Positions 32,099 to 43,264 of a DNA stretch of 64,000 nt are shown one piece after another. The first letter of the stretch is position 1. The number at the start of each line of letters is the position of its first letter. The translations under genes and the position numbers were made by a program. This DNA comes from Trypanosoma brucei (taxonomy: Eukaryota), in contig CM000208.1 of the NCBI GenBank assembly GCA_000002445.1, positions 2,016,001 through 2,080,000 of the forward strand, written 5' to 3'. The notes below the pieces were generated by a model. The model was not told the DNA's origin, did not search any database, and saw only the letters and a program-made list of their open reading frames with translations.

Positions 32099-35000
32099 AT
32101 GGAAGAAGATTTAGGCGACTGGGGGCTTCTTAGCATCTCAGATATATTAGACACGGACATTCCTCGTAAAAATGAGGTTTCACCAAGCTCTGCAATTTCA
32201 CTTACTGAAGTTGAAATTTCTTTACTGTCTTGTGTTCCAATTTATGCTATACGGTACGTTCAATCACTTATAAAGAATTCCAAAAGTGCTGTTGATCAGC
32301 GGATCAATGGTCTTGAAGAGCTGGATACCACTCGCTCCATCAAGCTCAGGCGCTCGCTCGCCACATCAGAGTTCATCCGTGAAAAAATGTTGGGAGCTGT
32401 GGAATCGTTTGTGTTGATGACCGGAGAGGAAACGAACAAACCCGGGTTTCTGCGGTCTATTGCCCTACTAGGCCCTATTGTTTGCCCTGATATAAGGTTA
32501 TTTTTTAATGCTTTTGTCGAGGGCGTGGAGGCTATGATTTTTAGGATGGATTACACCCAATCCGATATTTCTCAATGTGTTGAGGTTATTCAGTCATTCC
32601 AGTCTGGTGCTAACGTGGACGTGCTTACGGCGGAGCAACGACGTCGTCTCTGTTCTGCAGAGTTTTCATTGGCATTGCGCTGCGGGAAACTTAGTGCTGT
32701 TGTAAACTGCCTTTTGCATGTGCCAAAGAGCAAGGAGGTTGAGAAATGCTACCGCACTCCCCCGATGCAGTATAGTATTGGTTGTGTTCGAACAGAAATG
32801 GATTGCTTCTTAACCCGAGTGTGCGACTTACCTTGCTCTGTCCACCCAGTGCCAGTGTATTGCTTCCCCAATGATGAGAAACTTTTTCTTTGTAGTAGGT
32901 CCCGTGGTTGGGTTCTTGACCAGTTGGGCATGATGGGGACCCGCTTCAAGGTTCGACAACAGTTTGACATTTCGTCGCGGAAAGGCGCGCGCATCATTCA
33001 CTGCAATGAGAAAAAGTTTTTGGCGGTTTATCAGTCTTCATCTGCTACGGGGGGCCTTCGATACGTTATGGAGAGGTGGGATCGTGAGCCAGGCAAACAG
33101 CCAGAGACGTCGGAGATATCATTTTGTTTTGATGACAATTCAGCCGCCGCGCGCGATGTTGTGTTTGATGTTTACGGTAGTACTCTGACATGCCTTGTGT
33201 GTAGCAAAGCATCGAGGCTGTCGAACAGCAAATGCTATTTGGTTAGTGGTGATGTTGACGTAGTCTTGTCTAAGAGCCGGAGTGAGTTTCAGGTGGGTTC
33301 GCAACATGCGTTGAGGCGAGGCCCTTGTTCATGGCCCTTAAGGAACAAGTGCTATTATTTTACCAAGACAAACTGCATATCAGTTGGAAGAGTAACGTTG
33401 AAGGAAAATTTTCATCCATTTAGCATTGAGTTGTGGGTCTATCCATGTAACTGCTCCGATAATCAGGCGATTTTATCCATTGGTGATAAGAATGCAGATG
33501 AGATTTTGATCGAGATCGAACCCACTTCAGATGGTGTGCTATTGCGGGGCGGGACGAGGACTCCACACCTTGGGGTATCCTTTGTTTCTTACCATATTCC
33601 GGGGAAGCCAACATTTTGTTATCGATGGTGGCACCTGGGTCTTCTTTTTAAGGGTAACTCCTGGGAGTTATGGGTCAATGACTCGGTTGTTGCACAGGCG
33701 CCTGCGCTTGTGTGGCCAGAAGCGATAAGTGATGCAGTGTGCTGCCTTGGGAAGTCATTTGTCGGCTTTTTGGTTGAGGTGCGCATTTGGAACTGCTATC
33801 GACCCGCCCCGCAACTTTACAGGGATGGCAGGCGATCTTTAACAGGGGCAGAGGCGACTCTTGTGGGTTATTATCCCCTTGACGAGGGGGAGGGTGATAT
33901 TATAGCAGATCATGCCCCTGGGGGTAGTCATACTATTTTGCACCACGGGCAAGCCAACTGGTCCAGTGTCGACACTTTTCCTGTTGAGCCACCCCGGGCG
34001 ATGAGGTACATTGATGAGTTCGCACCGATTACGTGGCGCGAGTCGTCTGGCAGTATATATTTTTCTAGCTCGCCAGGATATGTTGCTCTAGCTGTGCTTG
34101 CTGACGGGCCGTGCCTTATGATTTGCGAGTATGCGGTGCACAATTTGCTTCTGATGTTCCAGGTACGGGTCGACCTGCCAAGCCGGACGGCGCTTAAGGA
34201 CCTTGCGTATAACGGTCTGCGCCACTCTTTGGTGTGTTATGCGTCATCTGCTGACCATCCCAGGCGCCTGCTAGTGTGGGAGTTACACAAGCAACACCAT
34301 CTCTTTCTGAAAGAAACGTACAAGAGCATTTGGGACTGCGAGAGGGACTTATTGACACAGTGTTCGGCTTACGCTGGCCGGGTTGTAAGTTCCGAGCGGT
34401 GCCTCATTGATCAACTCGCGTGCTTCGTGCAGCTTCCCACACTTGTCGTAGATGCGTCGGAGGGACTTTTGGGAGGTTTACTCAAACTTATACGAGTTGT
34501 GTTGCTGGAGCAAAAGGAGCGAGATCACGCTGCGCAGTTGTGTTCTTTGCTTCACGCGAACCTGCTCTATAGGGTAGAGAGAGACCCTGAGGTCCTTAAA
34601 AGGGAAATTGGAGCCCCCTTCCCCGATGCACAAAGTTTAATAAATGTCGCACAGTGCTGTGGTGAGGCGACCGACCCGCGGAATGCGTTGCTGCGCCTTT
34701 CTTTCCAGGAGTCTTTCTTCGATACCGGTCTCCTTTCTATGACGTGTCGGTGCCTGCTTTCAGGAGGGTCCCGCCTTGCTTTTATTAAGGGGCAGGCAGG
34801 GCGACCGAGGCTAACAGAGAAGGAGGATATGCTCTTTCGGTCGTTGCTCGAGTATTATGAGTCGGTGCAGGCATCAAGCTCTCTGATCACGAATGCAGAG
34901 AGTGCCCAACTCTTTTGCACGTCTTTAATGGCGGAGGAGATTTTTCAGGTGGAGCGATGGATCTCTCGTCGTGGTAAAGCCGTGGACGCTGTGAAGAGTG

Positions 35001-38000
35001 TAAGTCGATGTCTTGAAGTCTTCCAAGAGATTCTGCTCGCGAAAACTGTGGAGGAACGCGGGGGCGATTGTGGTGGTTACGTCGCGTCGTATGCGAAGCT
35101 TCTTTTGAAGACGAGCGAGAAAATAATTGAATCTTTTCTTAAGGCCATTCACACTAAGCCCGAAAACTGTTGGTCTGGATTGGTCACATGCATGGAGTAT
35201 AGTACTGTTGGCTCGCTTCTACCGTCCTTCAGCGTCGCCTTTTCGCTTCTACCCACCAGTGTGCAGGCGAACTGCGTACCCTACTTGAAGGGGTGCCGTG
35301 AGGCTTTATTTTCCCTTACTGAGGCTCTCCCAGGGAGCGAGCGGCTCCCTTACGACCTTGGGGTAGCACTTACCTCGGCGCTGTGTCGCATTGGCTGCTC
35401 GCTACTGGTTTCTTCGGATATGGTAACTGTCAAGGTGGATCCTAAGTACCTTCAGCTGATGTCCTGCGGAATCCGTAAGATTGGATCGGAGAGAGATGCA
35501 ATCATCAAAAATTTGCAGCAAGGAGTGGGATCTATTTCAAAGGTGGTTGAAGAGTTGCGCCGTGAGGACCCTGGAGCGCTGCTTGTTCTTCGTGATAGCC
35601 GCTTGATGAAGCTCGAATGCTTACTTATGGCATCATTTTGTGCGTTACTAATGCCAACAGAATCTTTGAGACGTGCAACAAAGCAAAACTTGTCCCCAAT
35701 GTTTCGGCATGTGCACAACATGAGGCCACTGATTCTTTCTATACGTCAAGAGGACCCTGAGTATCTTGAGGTTATTGGGCAAAGGGCTCTTTTTTTGGCC
35801 CGATTTGAGCCCATATGTGGGTCAAGGACCGAAGGGACGCCTCGTGTTAGACGTTACGCGAAAGATGTGAACCCCCAGAAGAAATGGAGGCGTTTTTTTC
35901 AGATTTGGAAAGCGCTGCGCTCTTTGAAGACGAAATTGCCTCAGCAACGGGACGCCGACGTTGGGGATATGAGCGCAATCATTGTGCAATTTCTTCATGA
36001 CAAGAAAATGGGTCGTGACAGCGTTGATCGTCTTGTTGCACAGCAAACTCAGCGTGCACAATACCGCCTCTCCGGTATGCTTTTGCTTCGACAGCTTATG
36101 GAAGAGGCAAGGGTGAGCGAGCCACTGGCAAAAATTGTTCTTCCTGTTTTAGCCAAAACGTTCACGGGATGGCATTATGCAGACAGCGTCCAGTGTTGCT
36201 CAAAGGAGGATTTTCTTCGACTCCATGGTGCTTTCTTTCAGCTTTTGGAACTGGTTGTCGGCGCCGTAGGTAGCGAGGAGCGCAATCTTTGGGCCGACAC
36301 CCTATTGGCATTGTTAACTTCGGAGCTTAGAGTAACAGATTTTCAGAGAATGAGAGGCGATGTGGCTACGAAGCTCCGGACACTGTGGCGGTTTGAGAAC
36401 CGCAGGACGGCCGGTTGTTCGGTTCTCAACGGGAACATACCCGAGGTTATTCGCTCCACACTGCTTTCTCCTGGTGGAACCGCGCCTTCACTGGTTGTTG
36501 GGCGCTCTGGTTGTACTTTGAAGGGCCTAGGGTGCAGGGGGACGTCTGTGGCCCCATGTGAGTGGTCGCTGGGTCGCAAGAGTGTCTCATACTTTTTTGA
36601 GGTACAAATCGTGGACTTGTGTCCGGGTGCAAATTGTTGTATCGGTGTCGGCCCCGCCGAGTATAACGTGTCGCGACTCCCTGGCTGGGACGGCGATTCG
36701 TATGCTCTGCACAGCAGTGAAGGAGTACTTTACGAAGGTAACACCTTGGGTCGTCCTGTGGGATGCACGTTCGGCATCGGAGACGTCGTAGGTTGCGGCT
36801 GGAACACTGAAGCAAGGGAGCTTTACTGGACCAAAAATGGAAGATACGTTGTTGCCACAGCACACGTGTTGCAACAACAATTGCACCCGTTGATTGGAAT
36901 TTCTGGGAGAGGACTCGTCAAAGTAAATTTCGGTCGGGACCGGTTTGTTTTTGACAAGCTAAAGGTGTCTCGGCCCCCAAGGCGAAATATTGGGGAACGT
37001 GCATGGGATGTATTTCGCATGTTTTCGCTTCGCGCTGCTCTTTGTGCCGTTGAGCTCCGTAATGACTCGTCGTCTTCACCCGACAGTGCAGTTGAAGACA
37101 TCCGGGCCCGTCTTGAACAATGTTTTGGATGTATATGTGCGGAGATCGATCGTGCGATTTCGCTCCCTTTGTCTGAGCCTTTCATTACATCTCTGTGCTC
37201 CCATTTGACTGTCTTGGCCAAGGTGCTCACCCCTGCACAAGGTGAGATCCTCACGCCATGTGTTCAATGTGTGGTGACAGTTCTGCAAAAAGGAACCAAT
37301 TATGCCCTCACAGACCGCACCTGTAGCTCGAGGCTGCGTTGTTCCCTCATCACAGCGTGGTGTAGTTTCATGAACTTGGCCCCACCACAGGCGATTGTGG
37401 AAGATGACCAGTATCCAAGGTTTCTTGAGACGTTGCTTTCGCTGGCTCGGGAACTTGAGTGGGGTGCCGTTCGGAAGTTGGGAAGCGTGGGTGAGGTCTT
37501 TGCTCCCATTGAAGCTTGGACGGCCTTGGCGCTACTACAGCGCATGAATTGTCACAATTCAACTCATTACTGGGGAGAGAAGTTGCATGCATGGATCGTC
37601 CAAAGTGTTGGGGATACATCCGATTATACTAACATATCCCTCGCCCTTCGTATAATCAATGGCGCATCACGGCTCGCTGTCCCGGGGGATCGTATCGTGG
37701 TGTATAAATCGAAGCACACAAAGTTAGTCGCCACGGTGGTGGATTACTCTCTTGAAGATGAAACGTGCGAGGTGATCGAGTGCGAGGAGAAGCGGCAAAC
37801 CGTGTCTTTGCGGCGAGCAGACATTGTCGTTGGGGATGATTCGTCGTTATTTCCTCAGACAGGCAATATGTTTCACCAAATTCAGCTGACTCACGTTTTC
37901 CAGCTAGCCCAGTCGCTCTGTAGTGAGCGGGAAGTGGAAGACGTAACCTTGAAGACATCTCTACATTATAGGGTGCTCGCCATCTTTTGGCAGTGCGCTC

Positions 38001-41000
38001 AGAGAGGTTTTCTTACGACCGCTTCCGGACTTATCCCTCTGTTGAGTAGGGCTTTGGATAATGTGGAAAGTACACCCGACGGATACCAAGTGCTGCTGCA
38101 GGAGAGATTAGTAATTGAGAACTGCTTGCTGGGGAGGGCGGTTAGTGCTACTGATTCTGCTTCCAACGGCAATAGCCATGATAGTAAGCCTCCTGCGATT
38201 CCTGAGGTGGGCGATCCACCTGGTGCTAGTGCCAGGGAACTGCGGGCGCGTCTTGCTCAAGAGCTGTCCATGCGCGGGTACAATATTGACCTTTGTTTTA
38301 TGGCACTAGACGAGACGGGGAATGATCCGCATGCAGCTCTCCAACTACTTGGTGACCATCATGAAGACTTCATGTCTGCCCGACGCCGTACGACACCCTC
38401 TACCACTGACGACGAGGATATTAGCACCGACGAAGCGGAAGAGACTGCTGAGTATGATATGCACGATATCTTTAGTCCTGAAAGTGAAGATGGCATGAAC
38501 GAAAATGTGTCTGTAGATCAGTGCGACTCCCTTACCGATTGCATCCGCTTCCTTGGGGGTTATGTGTCCATTACGTTTGAACACTCGCTGGGGGATCAGT
38601 TTACCGTTGATTTGCAGTTGTACCTTTTTGACGTTACAGCAACACAGGATGTACTCTATCAGTTGGCTGCCCAGGGCGAATGGGAGCTGGTGGCACGCGT
38701 TCAGGATTCTTCTTTCTACTGTGGGTGGATGCGGCGGGGCGATGCCGGACCCTCGCTCTGCAAGGCACCTATCGGATATTCAAGTACGACACGATGGGTG
38801 CAGTTAACGGTGGTGCAGGGGGAGTCCAGGTTTTCCCTCTATAAGTGTGGCGTTCTTCAGTGTGATATGGAGATCCCCTTCAGGGGTCGCTTATTTGAAA
38901 GTGGACTGCATCTTGGTGGGTGTGCAGACGACGAGGAAACCCGACTTAACGGGGGCATAAGGGATGTTAGGTTCTATAGTTGTGCGCTGACGAGTGAGGA
39001 GGTAAGCCGGCTGACAGCAATGCGGTCGGACGGCAGGCTTCCACAGTGCACCCTCAGGTTGGAGTGTACCAGCGAAACGATAAAGGCTGTTACAGCAGAT
39101 CCCAGATTGAATGCCAGTCTTGCTATCACTGGGGCGGTTACATGGTTTGAGCAGATCAGCGGGCATGGTCGCACTGGCGACGTCTGCAACCCCGAGGTTG
39201 ACTTGACAACCCAGAACGGCGAAGGTGGCATTTTCGTCATTGAAACTGTCAATGAGGACAGTAGTGTCTCCGCTGTTTGGTTTAAGCGAAAGGACCAACC
39301 AAGGGAGCAAATTTTTGCCGCCATCCAAAAACTTGATAGGCAACTTATCTGCTACTACGCCGTAGCTATAACAACTCATCTAATGAGTCGGACTCCAGAG
39401 CCGGAGCTGTGTCTCACACCGGAGCAGGTTCGTCGCATGGTTCAGTTTGTAGTGAATTCCAGCGACGCTAATCTGTTCAAGTCGTTTGGCCACGCCCTCC
39501 AGCACATAGCGATGCGCGAAAATATTAGCATAATTAATTATGCGATGCAGGAACTTGTAGATGTGCTTCAGCGGGAGCAGAAGATGCTTGTACTAGAGTC
39601 ATCGCATCCCTTCAAGTCTGCTCTGGAAACAGCCCATGAGGTGCATGTCCCTGGTAGGCGAGAATATGAATTACATTTTGACACGCGTTGCTCGAGTAAC
39701 ATGCTCGTAACCTTTTGTGCAGAGCACACACTTTCTACCGTTATTGCCCACGCTCCAGGATATGCACTGAACTCTCTGTGCATACGCGCATCGCGTTTTT
39801 TCATAGATGTGCGCATCGATATATCTGCTGCGCAATGGGGGTACAAGATCGCCGTTCTGTACGATCTATCGGTAGCACGTTCCGCTGCTCAACTTGTTCG
39901 AACAACTCTCTCCGCAGTAACGGCAAAAGGCATGGAGCGAGTTCCCTTTCTCAGGACGAGGGAGTGTTTTGGTGGCTTAGAAAATGCTGTTAGAGTTAAC
40001 GTCGGTGTTACACGCCGTCTCATACTTTCGTGCCTGACGGACCTGTTCCTTCATGTGTTGGAGTATGCTGAACCAATGCCCCCGGTAACATGCGTGCATG
40101 ATCTTCGGCGGATGTCGGAGCGACTTTTCCGTCAAGCTGTGGGGCCCCAGCATCTCCACAGTCGTTTCGTGCAGGTTGTTTCCGAGTTTTACGTTGCTTT
40201 CAGTGATGCTGAGCAATGTCTTAGTCTCGTTGATGAGGAAAGGAAGAAGGTGTTGGGTAGGGTGTACGATGCCAGTGCGGATGCTGACCGTTTTCAGCGC
40301 AAGAGGCTGGAGCAGCGCAACCTTTACAAACGCCGCGAAGGATTGCGTGTCAATGTGGAAAAGGTCCTCCACGTTGAGAGTCTTCGAGTTGGCGTGAATC
40401 AAAACAAGACAATTTTGGCCTGTAGTGAGCTCTCAGGAAGCTCACTCATTGCAGACGTGCCACTTGGACGTGGGCGTTGGTACTTTGAAGTTCGCATGAT
40501 GTCAACGGGTGATGTATTTATCGGTGTCCTTCCTTCTCGGACACATAGTTGGACGGATTTGCCAACTCTAGAGACTTTCGTGGCGTTTAACGGTAAAACG
40601 GGCACGTACCATGGAGTGAAAAATGTTGCTGTTGCACCCCGTCGTATTTGGAAGGCTAAAGACTATGTAGGTGTGGTGATGGATGGTGCCCAAAAGATTT
40701 GCTCCTTTTTCGTAAACGGTCAGGACACTGGACTGTTTTTCCCGTTTGGTGAGAACGAGGTGGAGGCCACTGCGGCTGCTGGTGCCAGGGCCGCCGGTGA
40801 GCAGGAAGTGATATACCATCCCCTCTTCGTGTTGGATGAGGCAGAAGGGGTTACCATTAACTTTGGTGGGGCGCACTTTGAATACGAGCTGCCCCGTAAT
40901 TGTTTTCCCCTTGATCCAGCGAACCTTACTTTGGGGACATTAATTCCTTACAATCAGGTACGAGCTTTTCACGACCTTGCCGCGTACTTCGCGTCCGGCG

Positions 41001-43264
41001 GAAGAACTACTTTACCTCCCTTTTTCCATGAGGAGGCAAATCCTTTCGAGAATTCAACGGAGCGCTTGGGACCACCGCACGTCTCTCTCCATTCCACGTC
41101 GGGTGTGCAGGTGAGCCTGCTCCACGTGCGAAACACGGGGCTGCTCTTTGCCACTGTGAGGGCAAACTGCCGTGTGACCGGGGGGAAATGGTACTACGAA
41201 GTTATGTTGCGCTCCCAAGGACTCATGCAGATTGGATGGTCGTCGTCGAATGAGTCGCGGGAAGACAGTGTTGGTGATACAGCCGGCTCGTGGTCTGTGG
41301 ATCTTTTTAGGCGTGTAAAGTGGCACGACGGTAAGGCTGAGCCCTTTACCTCGTCAAGAAGGTGGGTCGTTGGTGATGTTATTGGTTGTGCGATCGACCT
41401 GGTTGCGAAAAAAATGATTTTTTCGTGTAATGGTCGTCTTCTTTGCGATACGAATTTGTTTGACTGCACGTTCACGGGCCTTCCGGATGGTCTCAGTTAC
41501 GAACCTGCTGTTTCCATGAGGGCTGGAAACGAGGTGATGTTCAACTTCGGTTCTTCCACTCTAAGGTACAAACCTGAAGGCTTCTGCGCATTAGGTGTCC
41601 CTGACTCTTGGAATGAGCGGATCGACGCGTTTTATTCTACTTTACGTCCATCCACCACACTGCTGCGTCTCCAAGCGCTGCGGAGCATTTGGCTGTCAGC
41701 TGACAAGCTTTTGAGGGATGAGGTTCTAACACCTTATGAAAATGTTGTCGCTGCATTGGAACAATACTGTCGACAGCACGGCAAGAGCATTGTACAAGTT
41801 ACGGAGGATGTCTGCGCTGACTGTTTTCGTGATTCATCTGTTTCGGTGAAGAAGGCTTTGGAGGCCTACAGAGTGCTCGTTGCCTTTTCCCGTGTCGCAC
41901 AGACTGTTATTCCCTTACTTCATCTAGATACGCGGCACCCTAACGTCTCGACCAAACTGTTTCTGATGTGCCGAACCCTCATTTTCACTTCTATTCGTAA
42001 TGAGATGGTGGACGACATCGTGCGGGAAACAAATGTTCGATGTGAGCATTTTCGTGTGTCTATTAATCGAGTGAATGCCCGAGCGAATAAAGCCTCGTGG
42101 ATGTCATCTGTCTTCGGTCAAACCTTTTCGCTTGTAGCAGATCAGAACCCACGTATTTTTTGTACAAACAGGAGATTTTGGAGTGTGGTATTCCTTGGTG
42201 AGGGCGCTGAGGACGTTGGCGGTCCCTTCCGCGAGCATATTAGTGAGATGTGCCGGGAGCTCATGAGCACAGAGCTGCCTCTCTTTGTGCCCACTGCGAA
42301 CAACGTACATAACACTGGGAGTTACCGTGACGCCTTCGTTCCCGCCGCGTCCGCATTGAGTGATACGGAGCTTTCCGCATACGTCTTTGTCGGCCAGTTG
42401 ATGGGAGGTGCTTTAAGAAACAACGAGCCGTTGGGGCTCTTTTTCCCTCCTCTTGTGTGGAAGTTCCTGTGTTTCTACCCCATAACGGAGTCAGATATCG
42501 ATGACATTGATCGGATTTGCCTGCAGTGTATACGGGAGTTCCGCAGCCTCAATGACCGCCTTGGATCAAGCGACATGTATGACGAGGTGTTTGACTCAGA
42601 GACATTCACGACACGATTGAGTGATGGCACTTTGAAAGAACTAATCGCTGGTGGTAGTGGGATGCGGGTGACATTCGATCGTTGTGGGGAGTATGCTGAT
42701 GCACTCTCCGCCGCGCGGATGAGCGAGTTCAATACCCAGCTACAGAAGATACGTGAGGGTCTGCTCAATGTGATACCGGAAACTGTGCTCTGTTTGCTGA
42801 CCCCCTCTGAGTTGGAACAGCGCGTTTGTGGGAAAGCGGACTACACTGTCGAAGAGCTGAGGGGGGGTACTGTGTACGAGGGCCTAACCAGCGATGACCG
42901 TCGTGTGCAGCTACTGTGGCAGGCGCTGGAAGACGCGACGATGCAGCAGCGCCGTTTGTTCCTACGCTTTGTCTCCGGGCGTGACAGGCTTCCAGTAAAA
43001 TTGCGTATCTTGCCGCTCTTAACGTCGGATGATGCGGACAGCACGCTCCCCCGTGCTGCGACATGCTTCTTTGCGCTTGAGCTTCCTGACTACTCTTCTC
43101 TTGAAGTGATGAAGGCCAAGCTGTACTACAGCATCGAAAACTGTGCCGATATTGATGCCGATTTTAATCCGCCGGAAGTGGACGAGGCGGAGGCGCCGCA
43201 GCTTATGATAGGTGTTGAGGACGCGCGACAAGACGAGGCTGAGTCTACCACACCGAGTGATTAG
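32099..43264 (+). CDS. Giant HECT-type E3 ubiquitin ligase with three SPRY (B30.2) domains and a UBA-like domain (3721 aa from MEEDLGDW)
   Basis: SPRY cores: SYFFEVQIVDLCPGANCCIGVGP; GRWYFEVRMMSTGDVFIGVLP; GKWYYEVMLRSQGLMQIGWSS. UBA-like: ELSMRGYNIDLCFMALDETGNDPHAALQLLGDHHEDF. HECT: ...FLGEGAEDVGGPFREH... with catalytic Cys in LPRAATCFFALELPDYSS and C-terminus near the conserved position. The ATG at 32099 follows an A-run. The track ORF has 56 extra upstream codons (MCCCYCCCC...). Confidence 0.85.
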   Translation: MEEDLGDWGLLSISDILDTDIPRKNEVSPSSAISLTEVEISLLSCVPIYAIRYVQSLIKNSKSAVDQRINGLEELDTTRSIKLRRSLATSEFIREKMLGAVESFVLMTGEETNKPGFLRSIALLGPIVCPDIRLFFNAFVEGVEAMIFRMDYTQSDISQCVEVIQSFQSGANVDVLTAEQRRRLCSAEFSLALRCGKLSAVVNCLLHVPKSKEVEKCYRTPPMQYSIGCVRTEMDCFLTRVCDLPCSVHPVPVYCFPNDEKLFLCSRSRGWVLDQLGMMGTRFKVRQQFDISSRKGARIIHCNEKKFLAVYQSSSATGGLRYVMERWDREPGKQPETSEISFCFDDNSAAARDVVFDVYGSTLTCLVCSKASRLSNSKCYLVSGDVDVVLSKSRSEFQVGSQHALRRGPCSWPLRNKCYYFTKTNCISVGRVTLKENFHPFSIELWVYPCNCSDNQAILSIGDKNADEILIEIEPTSDGVLLRGGTRTPHLGVSFVSYHIPGKPTFCYRWWHLGLLFKGNSWELWVNDSVVAQAPALVWPEAISDAVCCLGKSFVGFLVEVRIWNCYRPAPQLYRDGRRSLTGAEATLVGYYPLDEGEGDIIADHAPGGSHTILHHGQANWSSVDTFPVEPPRAMRYIDEFAPITWRESSGSIYFSSSPGYVALAVLADGPCLMICEYAVHNLLLMFQVRVDLPSRTALKDLAYNGLRHSLVCYASSADHPRRLLVWELHKQHHLFLKETYKSIWDCERDLLTQCSAYAGRVVSSERCLIDQLACFVQLPTLVVDASEGLLGGLLKLIRVVLLEQKERDHAAQLCSLLHANLLYRVERDPEVLKREIGAPFPDAQSLINVAQCCGEATDPRNALLRLSFQESFFDTGLLSMTCRCLLSGGSRLAFIKGQAGRPRLTEKEDMLFRSLLEYYESVQASSSLITNAESAQLFCTSLMAEEIFQVERWISRRGKAVDAVKSVSRCLEVFQEILLAKTVEERGGDCGGYVASYAKLLLKTSEKIIESFLKAIHTKPENCWSGLVTCMEYSTVGSLLPSFSVAFSLLPTSVQANCVPYLKGCREALFSLTEALPGSERLPYDLGVALTSALCRIGCSLLVSSDMVTVKVDPKYLQLMSCGIRKIGSERDAIIKNLQQGVGSISKVVEELRREDPGALLVLRDSRLMKLECLLMASFCALLMPTESLRRATKQNLSPMFRHVHNMRPLILSIRQEDPEYLEVIGQRALFLARFEPICGSRTEGTPRVRRYAKDVNPQKKWRRFFQIWKALRSLKTKLPQQRDADVGDMSAIIVQFLHDKKMGRDSVDRLVAQQTQRAQYRLSGMLLLRQLMEEARVSEPLAKIVLPVLAKTFTGWHYADSVQCCSKEDFLRLHGAFFQLLELVVGAVGSEERNLWADTLLALLTSELRVTDFQRMRGDVATKLRTLWRFENRRTAGCSVLNGNIPEVIRSTLLSPGGTAPSLVVGRSGCTLKGLGCRGTSVAPCEWSLGRKSVSYFFEVQIVDLCPGANCCIGVGPAEYNVSRLPGWDGDSYALHSSEGVLYEGNTLGRPVGCTFGIGDVVGCGWNTEARELYWTKNGRYVVATAHVLQQQLHPLIGISGRGLVKVNFGRDRFVFDKLKVSRPPRRNIGERAWDVFRMFSLRAALCAVELRNDSSSSPDSAVEDIRARLEQCFGCICAEIDRAISLPLSEPFITSLCSHLTVLAKVLTPAQGEILTPCVQCVVTVLQKGTNYALTDRTCSSRLRCSLITAWCSFMNLAPPQAIVEDDQYPRFLETLLSLARELEWGAVRKLGSVGEVFAPIEAWTALALLQRMNCHNSTHYWGEKLHAWIVQSVGDTSDYTNISLALRIINGASRLAVPGDRIVVYKSKHTKLVATVVDYSLEDETCEVIECEEKRQTVSLRRADIVVGDDSSLFPQTGNMFHQIQLTHVFQLAQSLCSEREVEDVTLKTSLHYRVLAIFWQCAQRGFLTTASGLIPLLSRALDNVESTPDGYQVLLQERLVIENCLLGRAVSATDSASNGNSHDSKPPAIPEVGDPPGASARELRARLAQELSMRGYNIDLCFMALDETGNDPHAALQLLGDHHEDFMSARRRTTPSTTDDEDISTDEAEETAEYDMHDIFSPESEDGMNENVSVDQCDSLTDCIRFLGGYVSITFEHSLGDQFTVDLQLYLFDVTATQDVLYQLAAQGEWELVARVQDSSFYCGWMRRGDAGPSLCKAPIGYSSTTRWVQLTVVQGESRFSLYKCGVLQCDMEIPFRGRLFESGLHLGGCADDEETRLNGGIRDVRFYSCALTSEEVSRLTAMRSDGRLPQCTLRLECTSETIKAVTADPRLNASLAITGAVTWFEQISGHGRTGDVCNPEVDLTTQNGEGGIFVIETVNEDSSVSAVWFKRKDQPREQIFAAIQKLDRQLICYYAVAITTHLMSRTPEPELCLTPEQVRRMVQFVVNSSDANLFKSFGHALQHIAMRENISIINYAMQELVDVLQREQKMLVLESSHPFKSALETAHEVHVPGRREYELHFDTRCSSNMLVTFCAEHTLSTVIAHAPGYALNSLCIRASRFFIDVRIDISAAQWGYKIAVLYDLSVARSAAQLVRTTLSAVTAKGMERVPFLRTRECFGGLENAVRVNVGVTRRLILSCLTDLFLHVLEYAEPMPPVTCVHDLRRMSERLFRQAVGPQHLHSRFVQVVSEFYVAFSDAEQCLSLVDEERKKVLGRVYDASADADRFQRKRLEQRNLYKRREGLRVNVEKVLHVESLRVGVNQNKTILACSELSGSSLIADVPLGRGRWYFEVRMMSTGDVFIGVLPSRTHSWTDLPTLETFVAFNGKTGTYHGVKNVAVAPRRIWKAKDYVGVVMDGAQKICSFFVNGQDTGLFFPFGENEVEATAAAGARAAGEQEVIYHPLFVLDEAEGVTINFGGAHFEYELPRNCFPLDPANLTLGTLIPYNQVRAFHDLAAYFASGGRTTLPPFFHEEANPFENSTERLGPPHVSLHSTSGVQVSLLHVRNTGLLFATVRANCRVTGGKWYYEVMLRSQGLMQIGWSSSNESREDSVGDTAGSWSVDLFRRVKWHDGKAEPFTSSRRWVVGDVIGCAIDLVAKKMIFSCNGRLLCDTNLFDCTFTGLPDGLSYEPAVSMRAGNEVMFNFGSSTLRYKPEGFCALGVPDSWNERIDAFYSTLRPSTTLLRLQALRSIWLSADKLLRDEVLTPYENVVAALEQYCRQHGKSIVQVTEDVCADCFRDSSVSVKKALEAYRVLVAFSRVAQTVIPLLHLDTRHPNVSTKLFLMCRTLIFTSIRNEMVDDIVRETNVRCEHFRVSINRVNARANKASWMSSVFGQTFSLVADQNPRIFCTNRRFWSVVFLGEGAEDVGGPFREHISEMCRELMSTELPLFVPTANNVHNTGSYRDAFVPAASALSDTELSAYVFVGQLMGGALRNNEPLGLFFPPLVWKFLCFYPITESDIDDIDRICLQCIREFRSLNDRLGSSDMYDEVFDSETFTTRLSDGTLKELIAGGSGMRVTFDRCGEYADALSAARMSEFNTQLQKIREGLLNVIPETVLCLLTPSELEQRVCGKADYTVEELRGGTVYEGLTSDDRRVQLLWQALEDATMQQRRLFLRFVSGRDRLPVKLRILPLLTSDDADSTLPRAATCFFALELPDYSSLEVMKAKLYYSIENCADIDADFNPPEVDEAEAPQLMIGVEDARQDEAESTTPSD

